DNA of 62,738 nucleotides, filler included, from Folioceros fuciformis (taxonomy: Eukaryota), in NCBI GenBank assembly GCA_049999805.1. It is 3 parts of one record of this genome, joined end to end, with 100 filler letters (N's around TTAATTAATTAA, not from the genome) between each part and the next. Parts side by side here need not be neighbours in the genome. Positions count along the whole stretch, not along the records: positions 1 to 19,125 come from JBNGIO010006268.1; 2 more parts are not named here. One strand, 5' to 3'. Within the stretch, counting starts at the first letter, position 1. The number at the start of each line of letters is the position of its first letter. Both the position numbers and the translations under genes were made by a program. A model generated the notes under the pieces. It did no database searches. It was not told the origin of the DNA and was given only the letters and a program-made list of their open reading frames with translations. Below are positions 1-13,276 of the stretch, in pieces.

Positions 1-1930
1 CCCTATTTGGGGGCGGCCACACAAGTTCCTAGAAGAGGCTAACCAACTACCACAAGGCCATCCTAGGACTTTTCTCTCAATTATTATTATGGCGCCACTA
101 TTAACCAATGCATTTTTCGACGAGAACCGATCCAAGTAAGGAGTCAAAGGATCCTTGGGCTTGAGAGCGATTGGGTGCAACATCAATATGACCTGCGGTC
201 TCACCTCCTCCATTACGTTGTCAAGCTATGATAGCAAGGAAAGAGGTCCTACACGTTTGGCCGCCAATTCTCCCTCTAGTGGCTAGTCTTTTAGATTAGG
301 CTTACTAGACTCCATGTCCTTCCTCCTTGGAGGCAGCTTCCTTCCCTCGAACTCCACTAGTCGGAGTTCAGCCGTCTCCAACTTTTTTTCAGCTTGTTGT
401 TGGAGTAGCTCTTCATGACTTCGAGAAGTCTTTTAGGACTTTCGCCAACACCAGTTCCTTCATGATAAACATCTCCCTTGCCAGACCAATCTCCTTGCAC
501 TTTGGGTGAACTTTCTCTCCTTGCACTTTGGGTGAACTTTCTCAGAATGTGGTTATTGTTTGTCGTACTTTGGTGGAACTTTGAAATGCGTGATGGACGA
601 CGTAAGTGTTGGGTTGTGTCGCACCAATGTTGCTTAACTAAAGGGAGTCCATTTAGGACAGTGATGCCTATGGCAAGAGAAAAGTAGGAAAGTTCTTGGG
701 ACGTCATGCTTGCCTTACTTAGCATGGTTGCTAGGAAACATTTGTACGTACTTTACACATGTGCAATATATGCCTTTAACATGCCACACGTGTGGCATCA
801 AAGCATGAGATAATCATCGTGGGGGATGACCAAGCGCAATCAACAATGCACATTGGAAAGGTAGACTTTGCACTCTTGGAATGGCTTGGCTTCGTTGGCC
901 CACAAGTAACATGGCGAGTAGTTTGCTTGATGCTCACATCTTTGAGTTTGAAGAGTAGGGTTATTTCTATAATCTTTTCCATGTCATTTCTCACCCACAA
1001 GAACCTATTCCGACAGAGTTTGTAAATGTCCAGAAAATGTTGTGGTACCCTTTCAGGTACCTTATACGGAGGATGAGGCTAACAATAGACGGTGGCATGA
1101 TGCCCAAGTACTAAACATGACCACACCACCCTGAAGGATAAGGCAGAAATAAGGATTGTTCAACGGACTCAGAAAGAATGCGCCGCTGACGCAAGATGAA
1201 TCCTTACGCTCCTGCAGCTGGAGGCTTCGGTTGCCAGGGGTTGCTTTGTTCGCCTTGTTTCAGCAAAAGAGTCTATCTTGATCACCTTAGCGCTGCGCCT
1301 CCACAGTCGCGACGCGAAACGATGGGAAAACTCTAGATGTATTTATTCTCTGAGAAAACCTTAATTTCCCGCCTTCGGATCGCGTTCACTTGGTCGTCTT
1401 ATAGGTTGAGAACGATCGGATAATGGGCATCAGAGCCTGGTTACATGGATGACAAAAACCGGGTTTGCTATGGCTACGCTTTTAGGAAAACCGGACCCGG
1501 ACGCGAACCCGAACCCGAACCCGGAATAAAACCCCGTCTTGCTTCTAGGGACAGTAGGGCAGGACAGTAGCCTGTAGGGAAGATGCTGGAGATGTCGGAG
1601 ATCGCTGTCATTCTTTATTTCGGCCGATTAGAGGATTATTTGGTAATTACATGTGTGTGTACTTGAGAAAAAGAAGGTGGAAACCCATCTAACCCGAAAG
1701 GGAGGAGAGAGCGACCACGAAAGGTGACCGGGCCACTGGGGTTACCGGTAACCCTGATGCCGGGGGGCCTGCCGAGGTACCCCCTTGACGAAGGTGCGTC
1801 TAGAGAGTCGAGGAAGGTCCCTTCGAAGCTGCCTAACAGTTTGAGGGACCACCATGACCCGGCATATATATCTCTGTTCCACGGGAGGAATTGGAGGCAG
1901 TGGACACAAAAGAGCAGTTCGGGCTACGAG

Positions 1931-3127
1931 ATGGCTCAAAGTGATAGGTACGAGCTTGAATTCGGAAGCCGGTTTGCCAGTTGATTGTTTGTTGCTTTCT
2001 GCTAACGTCGCCATTTCGATGTTCTGATGCCAGCAGATGGTGGTCAGACGATACTTTGGCTGTTGTCACGGGGGCAAACAAAGGGATTGGCTTTGAGATT
2101 GTGAGACAGCTTGGACAGAAAGGGATAACCACTGTCCTGACTTCAAGGGACGTGAAGCGAGGGGAAGAAGCTGTTAAGACGCTTGTGGCTGAGGGCCTTC
2201 CTGTTGTGTATCATCAGCTGGATGTTGCAAGTGCTGAATCCGCACAAACGCTTGCGGACTGGTTGAAGGAGCAATACGGGGCTGTGGATATTCTGGTAGG
2301 TGTTATTGCATCACCTTGTAACCGGAGTATAAGTACAGTGCAGTGTTTCTGTCTGTCAGTAATAGTCCCCAATCCACGACCGTGCTTTAGCACGGCGGTA
2401 GATGCCTTGCTAATGCTGTTGTGGTCTTCTGTACAGATCAACAATGCTGGTGTCTTGGATGATTCCGCTTCATCATCCTTCAACACGAACTACTACGGTG
2501 TGAAACATGTAACAAGCAGAATTTTGCCTCTGCTGAGGGCATCTGAAGCTGGTGCGCGAGTGCTTATTGTCTCCTCGAGACGAGGTTTGCTGCAGGTAAG
2601 GCTCGTAGCAAGCTCCTATCGTATTGCTTTTTCGCTTGCACATGCTGAATGCAGCAGTGTTGTGAAGCTTATCCGTAGACGTGGTTTGCCCTTTCCAGTC
2701 TATTGTCATTGATTCTTTAAGGCAGAGGCTGCACGATGCAGACCAGCTTTCGGAGGGGGCCCTGGATGAATTGGTGCTGGAGTATTTCGCAGAACTCAAG
2801 AGCGACACGGACAGTCCTTGGATGGAATCGAATTACGGCCTGACTAAAGCGTTTGTAAATGCTTACACAAGGGTTTTGGCCAACAAGCTGGCAGCAAGGC
2901 CAGCAGGACAGAAGATCTACGTGAACAGCTTCTGCCCGGGGTTCACCACCACGGATATGGCAGCTCCCCTTTTGCAAGGTCCGTCTGGGGCCCAGCCTCT
3001 TCCTCCGGGATATGTGTGGCGCAGCCCGGAGGAAGCAGCAGGAGATGCCGTGTGGCAAACATTGTTACCGGCCAGGGACATGCCCTCCGGCATTTTCTCC
3101 GCTGAACGAGTCAAAATTGCCTTCTGA
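1931..3127 (+). CDS. Short-chain dehydrogenase/reductase (carbonyl reductase / neomenthol dehydrogenase-like), 4 exons
   Basis: Exons ~1931-1947, 2037-2296, 2437-2595, ~2699-3127 with GT-AG introns give MAQSDRWWSDDTLAVVTGANKGIG (TGxxxGxG), INNAG, VSS, YGLTK (YxxxK) and FCPGFTTTDM. Confidence 0.9.
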
Positions 3128-3774
3128 TGCATGAAATCGGGGCTCCCAACTATCTACCTTAGAAGCAGCACTGTCTAGTGACAAATTGGTGCGAAAAGCA
3201 CCTGTCTGCGCTGTGATCCAGCGACTGTGACATGTGACGAAACCATTCAATGTATGTAGCAGCCGTTTGCCGCTGAGGTCATGAGATCTTGAGTTACAGA
3301 AATACGTCTAATGCCAGTCCAAACTGTCGGACAGGACATTCGTCCCCGCACGAGATCCTGAAACCGGATTGTGCATTGCCGTCCCTGAAGTGTTTCTTTT
3401 CTGCTAGGACCTTCTAGAGTCAACACTCTCTCTGAGATGTATGTCTCCATATCCACAGCTGACTCTAGTCCCCAAGTACAAATACAGACATTGCCAGCAA
3501 CCCAACTCATCTTTTTGTTTGGGAATCGTGAAAATGGTCTGGCACACTTGAAAGCTAATACCAAGAATTATTTTAACATTACCAGTTTAAACCCCATACG
3601 CATAGCACAGCGGAGATGACTACGAAAATATATATCGAAAACCATGTTCAATAGGTTATTGAACCATTTGCTCGAAGGTACAATTCATGTACAACCTGGC
3701 TATCATCGCGTACGTCGGTGTAAGGTAGGATACACGGAATACAACGCATAGAACACAACCTGTCCTTGCGATCC

Positions 3775-6700
3775 TTACGGCCTGTTGCTCTTGATCTCAA
3801 CAAGGGATTCGGTTGGACTCTGCTTTTCGGCAGACCTGGAAAAGGATGAGGGGCGCTTTAGAGCAAACCCACAGGAAACGGAAACACCCAGTACTATAGT
3901 GCCACTGAAAAGACAGAAAGGCCAACCTGTCGTCCACTGGAACCACTGCCGGATCCACATGATCCGCATCTGGTGCCTTGTCGAATGGAAGGAGAAGATT
4001 GAGGAGGAGGGCGGTGAATCCACCAAGTGAAAAGCCAGTTGACATAACCAGGATGATGGCATCTCGAAACCCTGCGTCACCCACACCAATAAGTCCGCAA
4101 TGTAAGGACAAGTCTGCTAGATCGGAAAGCACATGTCATGAGTAAGACAGGGAGGAGTGACTGGATCTGAATGCTGGACCTTTGTACGCTCCGCTCCAGT
4201 GGTCCCTGACTGGCCAGAAGTTTCCCTGGTTAGGATAGCTGGCTTGTCCTGATATGTTCACCCAGGCAGGCACGAGATTTACACCCAGGCCTAGTCCCAG
4301 GGACATAGTTACTATGAACCTGTTTCTCCTGGTCATGCCGTCCTTGAGATGGAGAACATGAATGCCAGAAGCAACCACACTTGTGAAGAGAAACGTCGTC
4401 ATCCCTCCCAGCACACAGTCTGGGATAGTGAGAATGACTGCTGCGAATTTCGCGATGACCCCCAGTAGGAACAACCACACACAGCAGGCGAACCCAGCTC
4501 GCCTTGATGCACAGCGGGAGAGAGAGATGACGCCATTGTTTTGTGCATATGTTGTTACAGGCACCATTGTTGCCAAAGCTCCCCAGAATGCGTTGACACC
4601 ATCAGCCAATATGGCTCCTTGCAGTGATCTCTCAAAGTTCTCGCCTACAACATGGCGAACGGGAAAAATCAATTTGGCATGTCCCCAAGGATTGAATGCC
4701 TCATAGGAGGAAGTTATGAGGCACGAAAAGTTACCGTGGGGTAGCAGGCCACTGGCCTCTGTGGTCGCTGTCACATCTCCTATGCATTCCATTGATGTTA
4801 CTATGAATGCGAGGAGCATTGGTAAAATTGCAGGGCCATAGACTTTGATGGGGAAGGTGTGTCGCCACAGGAAAGTCACCCAATCAGCGTCCGATATTTT
4901 CTGTGAAGTCACATATCTGCTTCCAGCAGAGAAGCGTATGAGACGAGCCCAGGCATCAGATACATGTTCCAAGCATCTGCGACCTGAGATAGAGAGTCAT
5001 GGCACAAACCTGTGAGGTTAAGGAAGAAGAGTCCTTACCGCACGCTGTGGCAACTTCCATCAGCAGAACATACAGTAGCGCTTGTAGCTGATGCTACAAT
5101 CATGCCCACAGTGAGACCTATGATGACCTGCTAACATCGAAAAAGGCCGAAATTCAGGAACATGAGACGCCTCATTCCAAAACTTGGATAAGTGTCCACA
5201 ATAATCTTTATTGTCACCCTGACCTGTATGTTACGCATGAAAGGAGATCCAAACAACTCAACAGCCAACAGAGTACATAAGACCGTGAAACCGAGGCCCA
5301 AATAATGGCGATCACCAAAAGGCAGCATCACCTCGCCATTGCCATTGCACAGGGCCTTGCTTGTCAGGACCTGAAAGCATCGGACCACGGATGGAAGATT
5401 ACGTCTCGCTTTCATCAAAACCAACAGGTACGCCGATTCAAGAGGAGAGTGTGTACCTGGCTGGCACAGTATGACCCACCTCCCCAATATTGAAACCCTG
5501 TAGACACAAGCGATATCCCGATGAGCATGAGGGCCACCCCTGTAACTACAGGTGGGAAGATACGACGTAGAAGCCTCGGAGAGCTTAATGATAAGATCCA
5601 CTGGATCCAGCAACACACCAGAACCTGTTGCAATATCGAAAAAGTAAGTGGCTTGCTGGACACCTTGAGCTGAAGTAGTGTCTCATTCCTGAAGGACAAG
5701 GAATCCGCTCGACGATGAAAGACAGAAGCCAAAGCCACAACGTTTCGCAAGGCCTTCCTCGAAGAAACTTACAGTGCCCAGAACTCTGCCATACGCTTGT
5801 GGGCCAGTAAGACAGTGGCCTGATAACTTCGTACCGCAACTGTTGCACTCGGTGGTGCCTACGGTGCAAGGAACCCCATCGCATGCGCATTGACCCAACG
5901 TTGCAATGATCTCTTGGGCTGCAGACCAGTATGTGGAACAGGATTACAAAGCCATGACCAGCATCGGCTTAAACCCAAAAACCAAGTGCACGAATGACTG
6001 CAGCTCACAGAACCATGGCAGGATGAAGATGACGCCTACCAATGGGTAAGAAGGCGAAGGTGACTCCCATCACAGATAGCAGTCCCGAGCCTGAAACGTA
6101 CAGACAACATGCTGAAGGCTCCTTTCCCACAAAACCAGACTGTCAACGTAAACCAGACAATTGCTGCTGTATCTCACCAATCACAAGCCGTGAGAAGGGA
6201 ACTTTGATTTGAAGTATTTGTATCAACGATGCAATCGATGAAACAATTAGTGCCGCAGAAATAAGATCTGAAGGAGCCACCAAACCAATTAGGAAATGTA
6301 CAATAGTGCAGAAACTGAAGGAGGATATTCCGAACAGAAGTTCTGCGTTCATCTAACGTACAAGCTTGTTGATGAGTCGAGAATCCGGCAGCGCTAGAGA
6401 TGATCAGAGGAGGTGTCACAATTCCACCGACCTGAAGACACCCGAGCGTGGAAAATGACGTGATTTCTTCCGAGTATTCTGTGAGCTGCGAGTCGATTGG
6501 ACTAGGGGAGTAAGGTGTACCATAGCCAGAGCATGCTGCAGCCCCATGATGGTAGCCAATAAAGGCGATATCTGTTCATCCTTGCCATAAAACGGAGCCA
6601 AATCTCGACGACCCTTCAACGAAATTCTTGGGGTGCAGAGGAAATTCCAGTCATAGTCGCCAATGAACGTGCTCTTGAAATTCTGGAGAGACATTGGAAG

Positions 6701-6838
6701 CAAGGGCCTTGCCAACTCCGAGGTTTCAGACGAGCTCCTCTGTAACCCTGTCAAATGGAGCCAGTCTACTAAATATGTGTACAGAAGACGAGAAAGGAAG
6801 ACGTCTACTTCAGTCTCGTGTGCCGATACTCCATCCAT
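3775..6838 (-). CDS. NCS2/NAT family xanthine/uric-acid permease, UapA-like, multi-exon
   Basis: GLQHALAM (TM1 QH), FPPVVTG, TSMECIGDVTAT, ADG and NAT signature QNNGVISLSRCASRRAG, then IPDCVLGGMTTFLF. Start may be 6838 or 6904; last exon ends SNRP* at 3775. Confidence 0.9.
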
Positions 6839-7416
6839 AACCAGCCTCTCCGCTCTCCAGGTTGACTCACGATCGTCATACGTACAACCGGGGTCACGAG
6901 TCATTGATACCCACCTTCCATTTTGAAGAATCTTCCGAGCTTGCAGGAGCCAATCAAACTAGTCTCCGTTGAAGAACCTCTAAAAATCATTCTCTGCCTT
7001 TCTGAGATGCCGTGACCCATAACATTGACTATTTTGAGGCTTTGGGTAGCTCCATTACTTTATGTAGAATCTGACACCATCATGTGCCAGACTTTTCTTC
7101 ATGTCTGAGATTGTCGGTGAGAGGAAGAGAGATGGGATGGCGTGAAGTCACGAGAATCGTGAAGGAACGTGTGCAATTGCTTGCGCATTTTTTAGAATGG
7201 CCTAGGGTGTGGCGACAAAAAGTAGATACTATCTGTACAGCGTTCAGATCCGCTTTCGAAGGAACACCAGCAAAGCGGCATTTGAACTCTATCATGAAGG
7301 TGCACTGCAAGATCCAGCGTCCAGTGCGTAGGATGTAGCCTTTCACTAGATTCACATCCAGCCACGAACAGCTGATAACCTGCACCTTGCACCCAACATC
7401 TGTCAAAAGCTTCGAG

Positions 7417-9566
7417 TCACCTCTCTTTCAACCACCTTTCGAGCTCATCTTCCTCCTCGTACCTGGATCTGTAGTGGGGTGGGTCCTCACCTTCCCCTGT
7501 GGTACAATGATCAAGCTCTGCTCCGTGAGAACAAATTCGCAGAGAAGGTCGTTCTAAGCCAAGGGCCTCCAACACCTCTGGACTCAAGTTCTTCCCAAGT
7601 CCCAGCCAGCGCAGCCTTGGGAAGTAAGGCCTTCTGAACCATGGCAGCGAAGCTCTGGAAATTCCTCGGCAATTCCATAAGTCGAGGACCTTAAGGGCAG
7701 AACCCCAGCCCCCGGTATGGAACATAGATGCAAGAGCCATAACTGAAGTGTCGCAGATCAAGGGGCAGTCACGAAGCCGCAACTCGCTCACCAGGGTACC
7801 ACTACGTACTATAGCTAGTGTGACCTTGTCAGTCAGAGCAGGAATGCTTGAGAGATCCAACATTTGCAGAGTGTTCACAAGCTCACCTTCAAAAAGGGAC
7901 AAGATGCCTTTATCTGTAACCCTTTGACAGCCGCGGAGAGAAAGTGAGACCAAAGGTGTCGCACCTTTCCCAAGAGCAGCCAGACCAATGTCACTGGTAT
8001 CAGAACCATTCAAAACCAGCACCCTTAATTTCAGAAGACTTGAAATGGCCTGCAAACCATCATCCCCGACGCTCCTGCAACCCCTGAAATTCAAAACTTC
8101 GAGGTTTCGACAAAATGCGAGATGCTGTACAGAGTAGTCACTGATATGATTACACGAGGCCAGACTGACAGACACCAAGGCCAACGGAGTTGCAGATAAA
8201 TCGATAAAAGCCAAGTCTGTGAGCTGCGTGGTGTGCAGGAGCTCAAATGTCTGCAACTTCAGGCAGCTGTGTAGAATCTCCCTGCAGCCGGCATCTGTTA
8301 TTCTGGAGAATCCTCCAAGGGTAATACTTTCAAGATTCCGACAGTTCTCTGCCATGAGGAAAATGCCGAGGTCATTCACCCTCTTAAAGGTGGCTGGGAA
8401 ACACTCATGACTCCGTACAATTGACAGCCGTCTTAGCAGAGAACAACCTCCAACTTGCTGGACACCCCAATTGGTCAAGTCAAAGGATGGTAGGGGTTCT
8501 TCCGATGGTTCATCCCGCAGCTCCAGCTCAGCTAGAACGGGAAGAGAACGGTAGATGGATACCATCAGAGCATCTGTTATTCGATCCAGTACCAAAGACA
8601 ACTTCTGGATGTTCCAACCCCCCAATGCCCCAAGATTCCCACCATCCAAACCATTCGCATAATTTCGCCCATCCCTGATGGGGCGGAACAGCTTCTTGGC
8701 ATCTCTTTCTGCCACATAGCCGATATCAAGAGCCTTCAGAGTGGGAGCAACAAGCCGGGGTATTGCCGCAAAAGAATCACTGTCAAAATAAGATCCTTCA
8801 AACCTCAAGGACAAGGCCTGCCGTCATACAATTGCCACAATCAACATCGACATCCATAAGCGTACAGAAGCACTAGAGCAAGAAAGATTCTGCAGACAAC
8901 TGACACCTCTCACCTCTAAGTAAGCACAGCTTTGAAGCAGTGACTCAAGACCCGAACTGAAACCAACAATCTCGTGCCTGTCTTCTTGCCAACCTAGCTC
9001 CAATGACAGTGATCTGAAGGCATGGATTCAGCAAACCAACAAAAGCAACAGCAACGCTCATCTGGCACGCCCCAGCACGGCCGCGATAAGCAACACTCTC
9101 GTCCACACACCTCAAGTCAAGGCAACGCCTCCCAATCTGTTCGAGAAGGTTGGACGAGAAAAGATCGCAATTCTTCAGAACCAACTCCTGCAGCTTGGGT
9201 TTCACAATGAACTCAATCGCTGAATCGTCGAGATAGCTGCAATCCAGCTTCAGAGTCGAAAGGTCCCTATTACAGGACAACCATCTGGACAGAACATTCC
9301 AGTTCGGACAATGATCCTGCCAACCACCCAACTCCCCCATCAACAATTCATTCCGCAAACAAACTGCATGCCTGCAAAACCTCGAGCACCTCACGTACCA
9401 GAAGATCAATGACTTGAACGTGCGGCACCACCTGCTGCGCGCAGGCATACAGGAAGCGACACGACGCAGCAACGGCACAGATGGACGGCACATCCAGCCT
9501 TGAGACAATTCCAAACAGCACGGGCTCGGGCAGGCTCCCTAGCCCCTGTCCGCCGCCGTCAGCCAT
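7417..9566 (-). CDS. F-box/LRR-repeat protein (FBL10 / At-B-like)
   Basis: N-terminal F-box LPEPVLFGIVSRLDVPSICAVAASCR, many Cys-containing LRRs (LSLRGCQRVTDKG, LRLRDCPLICD), C-terminal RPYFPRLRWLG...DELERWL. Confidence 0.88.
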
Positions 9567-10108
9567 GTCCTCAAAAGTGAACACCCATTTCAGCTACCTG
9601 CTTGCGTGCGTCTCCTTTACAGACTCCACGCCATTCCACTTCGCCTACCAAGAAAGGACTTCCGCTCGTCCCTGACGCCCACCAAGATTCTCGTATTCCT
9701 GCGCATCCAGCCTTGGGCCGCATGGATGCAAAGGTTGTCCGTCCCACTGCACCATTCATGCAGACAATTGTTCGCCACTCCCAGAAAGCCTCTTCGAATC
9801 CGTACACCGCTATCCACTCCTCACCTGCAAGCAAGTCACATGCGTGCACCAGACTCACGACCCAGCGGATTGTGCGAGAAGGGGTTTGTCGATGAGACTT
9901 CCTGACACCCTCTGACCACGCGGTCAGGTTAGGTTTCAACCCGGGTCAACATTTCTCATGCTGTCAGGAAGCCTTCTCATGAGGACAGAGGACAACTTGC
10001 GACAGCTCCCATGGGTTCCACGACCCGCTTCTGCTTTGCTTTCGTTTAGGGCGATACAAGGTCAAGTGGTTTCTATCAGTGTGCATTATGGCATCAGGCT
10101 TATGTCCA

Positions 10109-12522
10109 TTACGCCTCGAGCTTCTCTAGCAGAATCTTGTTCATCAAGACCGGATTCACCCTTCCACCAGACACTTTCATCACCTGATAGGACAAACAGG
10201 TAATGGGTGAATCAACGGCCTTGTCTGTGTGAGAGTCGTCGGGCTCCTTGGAAAGGAACATGTGATGATGTTTCAGAAAACAGATTTAAGGATCCACCAT
10301 GTGTGTTGATGGAAGGGGCCACCATACCTGGCCGACAAAGAAACCAAGCAGTTTTGTTTTGCCTCCCTGATAAGATTCCACCTGTTTAGGATTGTCGGCC
10401 AAGACCTTGCTGACCATTTCTACTATTACAGCTTCGTCTGATATCTGCAAGCAGGACATCCAGACGATTTTGAGAGGTCGGCAAAGTAGCAGTACTACAG
10501 GAAACAGAGGGTGAATACATGGGAAATACCTGGAGTAGACCTTTGGATTCAATTAGTTCCTTCACTGTACCTCCCTTCTCCACAAGTTCAGGTAGAATCT
10601 GCAGCACATGCCGGTAACCTCGCTCCGATTGCGATTTCTGGCAAGGAAGAAACAATAAGGAGAGTTGGAGCAGTGACCATTACCTCCTTGGCAATCTTCC
10701 CGCTAATGGTTGCATTCTTTATGAGAGCGATGAGCTCAGCTAGAGTTGATGGAGTCAGCTTAGTGTCAGAAATTCCAAGTTTCTGGCTGTTTAGATATGC
10801 TGCAATGTCTCCCATAATCCAGTTTGCAGCCTGCTTCGCATCGCTGCCCTTCTCCGAAACTGCGTCAAAGAAGGCTGCTATCTGGAGTTGGAGTCCGAAG
10901 AAACACATTAGAATGTCAAGCAGAGACAGAGGAAAACTATAAGCCACCTTGGAGGAGAAATTACATCAACGTCATTGGCCAGCAGTATGACATCCTGCAT
11001 GCTCAGTCCCAAGGCCTCGTAACGCCTTCGCTTGTTGTCCGGGAGCTCTGGCAGCGTCTTGCGAACGCTGTCCACAAACTGCTCACTCAGGATAACCTCG
11101 GGCAAATCTGGCTCGGGAAAGTATCTGTAGTCGGCAAGCCCTTCCTTCTTTCGCATCGTCACCGTCCTCTGATAACAGGCAACAAAACGCATCACAATGC
11201 TTGGACCCCAATACCTTACCTCCTGACACGGTGCACCCGTCTAGAAAAAGCATCCAGAGGAAGACCTGCGCCCCCTCCTCCCAGAGTCGAGTTTCTTGCA
11301 CGATTTCATGCCCACAACCTTCCCGTAGGAGAGCAACTTGCCTCGTGATCTCAAAATCGATAGCACGTTGCATAGCAGAAAACGAGTTCATGTTCTTTAT
11401 CTCCACCTGATCAAGACCGCAGGAGCCAACACATCAACAAGAGGAACATGAATAGCGTGCGGAGGATATTGCCCACAGAATTTGTTCCATATTCCATATA
11501 CAGAAGAAAACCAACCTTGGTGCCAAACTTGTCTTGTCCCCTTGGCCTAACAGACACATTCACATCACAACGAAGTGAGCCTTCCTGCATGTTCCCATTG
11601 CCGATGCCCAGGTATCTGACCAGTCGCTGCAGCTCTGCTGCATACTCCGCGGCCTCTACCCCTGTCCGCATTTCTGGCTCGGAAACAACTTCCAGCAAGG
11701 GCACACCAGCCCTGTTCAAATCCACCTGCACGCCTAGCCTGTCAATGGACTCACATGCCAGGCTTTCAGACACTGGTCTGCTTGAATCAAACATCAATGC
11801 CGACCTACTTGGGAAAAACCAGTGGACTTCTCTGCATGCATCAGCTTGCCGGCATCTTCCTCCATGTGAACTCGGGTGATGCCGAACCTTCTATGTCCTC
11901 CACCAGCCTCCACCGGCACGTCCACCTCCACACTACCCCCCGTTGCAATGGGAACATCAAACTGAGATATCTGGTATCCTTTAGGAAGATCTGGATAGAA
12001 GTACTGCTTCCTGTCGAACTTGGATTTCAGAGCGATTTTCGAGTTCAATGCCAACCCCAGCTTTACTGCACATTCCACCACCTTCTGATTCAACACAGGC
12101 AGGGTGCCTGGGAGGCCCATGCAAACAGGGCACACATTCGAGTTGGGCTCTGATCCATACACAGAGTAGCAGGAACAGAATGCCTTGGTAGCAGTGGAAA
12201 GCTGGACATGGGTCTCGATCCCAATCACTGCCTCGTACTCCACACTGCCTTCCACATCCTTTTGGCCTGCCCCAACATCCTCCTGAGTGAGAATCTGTGC
12301 CCTCGTCCAGCCACCTCTCTTTGGACTGCATTGGGACGACACTTGCCTCCTCAGACACAATGTACCATTCTTCCTTCTCAACCCAACGACTCGGTCTGAA
12401 ATTGGATCTCCAAGTCTGTAGCTTGCCCGCACACCGCATGGTGCCATCCGCCGGCACTGCGAGGACATGCATGGATGCCATACAGTCCTCCAGGCAATCC
12501 CCAAAATGCGAGAGGAGACCAT
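10109..12522 (-). CDS. gatB: Glu/Asp-tRNA amidotransferase subunit B, organellar, multi-exon
   Basis: Transit-peptide-like N-terminus, [82 protein letters not shown]; stop at 10109-10111. Confidence 0.97.
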
Positions 12523-13276
12523 GGCTATCTCCTGCTCAACTTATCAGAGCCGCAGCCCGCCCACATTCCACCGCCTGCACATGCCTGATCGAATGGACCA
12601 CCTACAGCCCTGCATCGGAGACTGCAGTTTTGACTGATTCAATGCGAGGATATACCCTAAACCCCATTTGCATACGTCAGAGCGGGTTCTTTGCAGAAAT
12701 GAGCAACTTTTGCTTGCGGGGCTCCACTATTGCAGACCACTGAATCCTTCAAAGGCCAGGTCTGCTTGATGTACCTAACCACAGCTAAATACATTGCGAG
12801 ACTTCCGAAGACACGCGAAATTGTTTGTTTCTGCATACGGAAAATACAATGCGTGATGCTAAGACTTCCGAGATGAGGGCCCCACTCTCAATTGGCTGTT
12901 CTTGTATGTGACTTTCAGTGGATAGATGTGGAGATCAGCTGTGGCACTCTGGTTTGAGCATCTGCTTGACTATGACTTGCCCGTTTGAAAGTGCAATTGG
13001 TGTGGCATGACAGTTTGCACACTGAACTCCAGGTGAACCTTCTTCACGGCAAAGACTGAGGAAATGAAGTCCACTTGCAAGGAAACAGCGCTAGGACAGG
13101 GGCAGGCGAAAGCACCGATGGCAGTTTCAAAGGGGACGGAAATGAGTGACAGATTCTTCACGATAAGTGTATAAATTTGCCTGCTTGGACTCCAAGTGAA
13201 GAGCTGTTTGGATTCCCGTGCCCTCGGAGTCTGCTGTTCACACAGCACTGTTCGTCAAGACGTGACTGTTCGATAA

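Noticed and set aside
1-1100. Broken ORFs and a 26-bp tandem duplication (491-542); possible TE relic
   Set aside because: No recognisable transposase, gag, RT or integrase motif.
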